From Nitrospirales bacterium (GTDB lineage: Bacteria > Nitrospirota > Nitrospiria > Nitrospirales > UBA8639): a DNA stretch of 64,000 nt. The notes beneath the pieces are model-generated. The model was not told where the DNA came from, did not search any database, and saw nothing but the letters and a program-made list of their open reading frames with translations. This document shows positions 60,773-64,000 of this stretch, in pieces (the first letter of the stretch is position 1; each line of letters opens with the position of its first letter). The position numbers and the translations under genes were made by a program. Location of the stretch: positions 2,016,001-2,080,000 of the forward strand of contig OY729426.1 of the NCBI GenBank assembly GCA_963422365.1. The letters run 5' to 3'.

Positions 60773-61568
60773 CTCTCGACGTTCTCACGTCTTTCTGCAT
60801 AAGCCCATACGGTACCGGTGGTTCCGCCGCTAACAAATCTTTCTCCGGCAGCCGTTTCCCCACAACGGCTCTCGCATAGGTTTCGACAATGTCTTCCACC
60901 TCTCTCCGTACCTGGCCCGTCGCCTTCAGACGCCTCGCAAGCACAAAGGGTATCCGACGGGCCTGGTGGAGAAACGCCACGCTTCCCGGAGACATCGACA
61001 AACAATAGTCCCAACTGCTTTGATCGCACAGTCGACACAGCCCTCCCCCAGCCGAAGGGGAAAACTTGGAATGCCGCTCCCCAAAATCCTGACCACAGGA
61101 GGCACAATGATCAATCTGTGGTTGAAACCCTGCTTGTCCCAAGATGTGAATCTGAAAAATTAACGTGAGTAATCCAGGATCATCCGTCTGAACTAACAAC
61201 CGCAACCCTTCCAACAGCGTATGAAAAATCGGTGGACTCGGGTCACGATCTGCTGTCACACCGTCAACAAAGGCCACCATACAAGAAGCTGCCCAGATGC
61301 AGTCTAAGTTCTCTCGCAATGCGCTAAAGAATTCAAGGCTATCAACATGACTGATCGATGCAAGGCTGTCATTGCGTTTCTCAAAGAATGTGAGATTGAC
61401 CAACGAAAACGGTTCAAGCATTCCGCCGAATCGGCTTTTCATTCGGCGCGCGCCGCGTGCGATCCCTCGAACCTTCCCAAGTCGAAGAGAAAAAAACGTG
61501 AGAATGCGGTCAGCTTCTCCCCAGCGCGTGCTTCTGAGAACGATCGCATGTGTGGTGACAAGAGCCAT
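60747..61568 (-). CDS. recO: DNA repair protein RecO
   Basis: AIVLR...GEADRILT, ARGARR.KSRFGG.LEPF, Zn finger CASC...CRLC. Confidence 0.95.
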   Translation of the reverse strand: MALVTTHAIVLRSTRWGEADRILTFFSLRLGKVRGIARGARRMKSRFGGMLEPFSLVNLTFFEKRNDSLASISHVDSLEFFSALRENLDCIWAASCMVAFVDGVTADRDPSPPIFHTLLEGLRLLVQTDDPGLLTLIFQIHILGQAGFQPQIDHCASCGQDFGERHSKFSPSAGGGLCRLCDQSSWDYCLSMSPGSVAFLHQARRIPFVLARRLKATGQVRREVEDIVETYARAVVGKRLPEKDLLAAEPPVPYGLMQKDVRTSRDGDRDHSS

Positions 61569-61663
61569 ACAAAGACATGCTGAGAGCGTAGCAGGAGTTG
61601 AGGGGTCTCACCAAGAACCCGTTGCTCTCGCCCTACCTCTCCCTTCAACAGCACAGGCCAGAC

Positions 61664-63106
61664 TTATCTCAAATAATCCAGCATGATCGTGGCAAATCCA
61701 AGGTAGATGCTGACCCCTGTAACATCCATAACCGTGGTGATAAACGGTCCCGCTGCCACCGCTGGGTCAACATGCAAGGTTCGTAAGAGCAAGGGGGTCA
61801 CCGTGGCGATACTCGACGAAATAATAAACGTAATCAGTAATGCGCCACCAACCACTAACCCTAAATACCCATTCCCCTGCCACATCCATCCCACTAAAAA
61901 AAGTAAAATCCCACAGAGCACACCCAAGAGTAATCCAATACGCAACTCTCGAAACACGACTTTCCAAATATCACTAGGCTCGACACGACCCGTGGCAAGA
62001 CCCCGAATGATCAGCGTCGAAGATTGGAGCCCCAGATTTCCCGCCATCGCCGCAATCACAGGAATAAAGGTCACCACGGCGACGACTTCTTGAATCGTCA
62101 ACCGGAACGACCACAGAATGAATCCCGACACAAGGCTGCCGGCCAAATTGGCAAACAACCAGGGGAACCGCAACCCTGCCGCGAGAAAACTAGGGGTACG
62201 CATCTGCGCGTCTTCTTGGGCAGCTCCGGCCATCTTTAACATATCTTTGGTGTCTTCATCTCGAATGACATCCACCACGTCGTCTACCGTAATAATCCCC
62301 ACGAGCCGATGCTCGGCATCGATAACCGGGATCGCCAAGAGGTTGTAATTCGCAACTTGACTCGCGACTTCTTTTTGTTCGGTATCCACGCTCACACTAA
62401 TCACGTCACGGAAGAGCATGCTTTTCAAGGGGGCCGTAGGCGCACCCACCAGTAATTCGCGCAACGAGATCACTCCGGTCAGTCGTCCTTCACGGTCCGT
62501 CGCATAAATATAAAACACCGTCTCGGCCTTGGTAGCCTGTTGAAGACGCTGGATCGCTTCCCGGGCCATGATTTCCTCAGGCAGAGAAAAAACCTCCGTC
62601 GTCATAATGCTGCCGGCTGTCCCCTTGAGGTAGGCCATGAGATTAGCGACCTCTTGAGACTCTTCGGCTTTCATGAGCGGCAAAATATTCTGCGCCAACT
62701 GCTCAGGCAGTACGCCTAAGATATACGCGGCGTCATCCGCCGGCACGATCCGTAACATCCAGGCAATATCGGCGGGATTCCGATCTTCGAGTAATTCCAG
62801 GATTCTCTCGTTACTTAATTCACTCACCACCTGCCCTTGCTCTGCCACACCTTCGACCAACTCAAAGATCGTCCGTCGTTCCTGAAGCGTATCCAAATTC
62901 ATAATCACTCGGGCAACGTCTGCAGGATGCAACCGGGCAATCAAATTTGCCAGGTTCGAAATGGCCCCACGTTTCAAGAGACGACGTGTCGAGAGTCGCA
63001 CCACGTCAAACTTGCTCTGACTATTCGTGGTCATCGAGACAGCTTGAGCTTGGGCAGGCTCAGAGACACCTGGAGCCATGGTCTTTGCTGGGTCCATCAC
63101 GGTCAT
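61664..63106 (-). CDS. mgtE: Magnesium transporter MgtE
   Basis: HPAD N-terminal domain, CBS pair (TAGSIMT, GIITVDD), AMAGNLGLQ, DPAVAAGPFITTVMD. Confidence 0.95.
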   Translation of the reverse strand: MTVMDPAKTMAPGVSEPAQAQAVSMTTNSQSKFDVVRLSTRRLLKRGAISNLANLIARLHPADVARVIMNLDTLQERRTIFELVEGVAEQGQVVSELSNERILELLEDRNPADIAWMLRIVPADDAAYILGVLPEQLAQNILPLMKAEESQEVANLMAYLKGTAGSIMTTEVFSLPEEIMAREAIQRLQQATKAETVFYIYATDREGRLTGVISLRELLVGAPTAPLKSMLFRDVISVSVDTEQKEVASQVANYNLLAIPVIDAEHRLVGIITVDDVVDVIRDEDTKDMLKMAGAAQEDAQMRTPSFLAAGLRFPWLFANLAGSLVSGFILWSFRLTIQEVVAVVTFIPVIAAMAGNLGLQSSTLIIRGLATGRVEPSDIWKVVFRELRIGLLLGVLCGILLFLVGWMWQGNGYLGLVVGGALLITFIISSSIATVTPLLLRTLHVDPAVAAGPFITTVMDVTGVSIYLGFATIMLDYLR

Positions 63107-63107
63107 T

Positions 63108-63995
63108 TCAATATCCTAATTCTGCCAACAGACGGTCATCATCGCGCCAAGCCTTTTTCACTTTCACGTGGAGCGCTAAAAAGACTCTGCTTGCCAAAGC
63201 CTTCGCTAACTCCATCCGGGCGGCGGTGCCAATCGTTTTTAAACGCGCTCCTGATTTTCCAATCACAATCGCCTTCTGACCGGGTTTCTCAACGACAATG
63301 GAAGCGGCAATCTTGATGACACGTCCTTCTTCTTGAAACTCGTCTACCTTCACGGCGACGGCATAGGGCAGTTCCGCCTTGGTCGATTCGATGACTTTCT
63401 CCCGTATGGTTTCTGCTGCCAGATGACGCCGTGACTGGTCCGTGACAAAACTTTCCTCAAAGGCTTCTTCCTGCTCAACCACGCGATCAAAAATCAGCGA
63501 CGCCAACCGGTCAACATTCAGTCCGGTTTGGGCCGATAATGGAACAATCTCCGTCCACTCCCCTAGGGCGCGATACGCCTCGATCACCGGCAACACGTGA
63601 CGTTTACGAATCAAATCGATTTTATTGACTAACAAAAAAACAGGTAACCCCTGAGGTCGCTCGGGCATCGAGAATATTTGGTCTACCACAAATCGATCTC
63701 CAGGGCCAGGCAAATTGTGGCCATCGACCATGACGGCAAGCAGATCGGCATCGTGAATGGCATCCAACGCCGCTCGCACCATGAGTGTATTGAGTCGATG
63801 CCAGGGTCGGTGTAACCCCGGCGTATCCAACAAAGCTAATTGCCCTTGTGGGAAATGTGCCACCCCGAGAATCCGAGCACGCGTCGTCTGCGGTTTGTCG
63901 GAAACAATAGCAATTTTTTGATTGACCAACAGATTGACGAGCGTGGATTTCCCCACATTGGGACAACCCACAACAGCCATAGTGCCGAATTTCAT
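63108..63995 (-). CDS. era: GTPase Era
   Basis: GCPNVGKSTL, KPQTTR, DTPG, NKID, KH domain IVIGKSG. Confidence 0.96.
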   Translation of the reverse strand: MKFGTMAVVGCPNVGKSTLVNLLVNQKIAIVSDKPQTTRARILGVAHFPQGQLALLDTPGLHRPWHRLNTLMVRAALDAIHDADLLAVMVDGHNLPGPGDRFVVDQIFSMPERPQGLPVFLLVNKIDLIRKRHVLPVIEAYRALGEWTEIVPLSAQTGLNVDRLASLIFDRVVEQEEAFEESFVTDQSRRHLAAETIREKVIESTKAELPYAVAVKVDEFQEEGRVIKIAASIVVEKPGQKAIVIGKSGARLKTIGTAARMELAKALASRVFLALHVKVKKAWRDDDRLLAELGY

Positions 63996-64000
63996 AACTC

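Overview
Bacterial chromosomal window of roughly 50-52% GC by eye. Gene content and order suggest a Nitrospira-like organism (Nitrospirales); this is an inference. Most of it is core genome: mutS2 (runs off the left edge), ligA, ampG, a complete trpEGDCFBA cluster, NFACT/RqcH, a degP-tatC-mogA-mrp-moeA-mobB-hexaheme cytochrome c-ABC cluster, tRNA-Thr(UGU), a second tatC, rimI, tsaB, radA, ribE, recO, mgtE and era. There are two accessory patches. The first (2.1-6.6 kb) holds a DUF1640-like protein with 33-bp tandem repeats, a high-GC single-polypeptide restriction-modification enzyme and an AAA ATPase relic. The second (50.5-57.3 kb) is a decaying island of frameshifted lipoprotein genes (BamE/SmpA-like, TraT), an AAA_14/DUF4143 pseudogene and a module bounded by direct repeats. 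Most striking observations: (1) a Ski2/HelY-type helicase split into two intact, translationally coupled genes in reversed order (C-terminal half first); (2) a eukaryote-like protein arginine methyltransferase behind a structured, terminator-ended leader; (3) dispersed GTAG-type REP/REPIN elements; (4) a tandemly duplicated lipoprotein pair; (5) several apparently leaderless genes.
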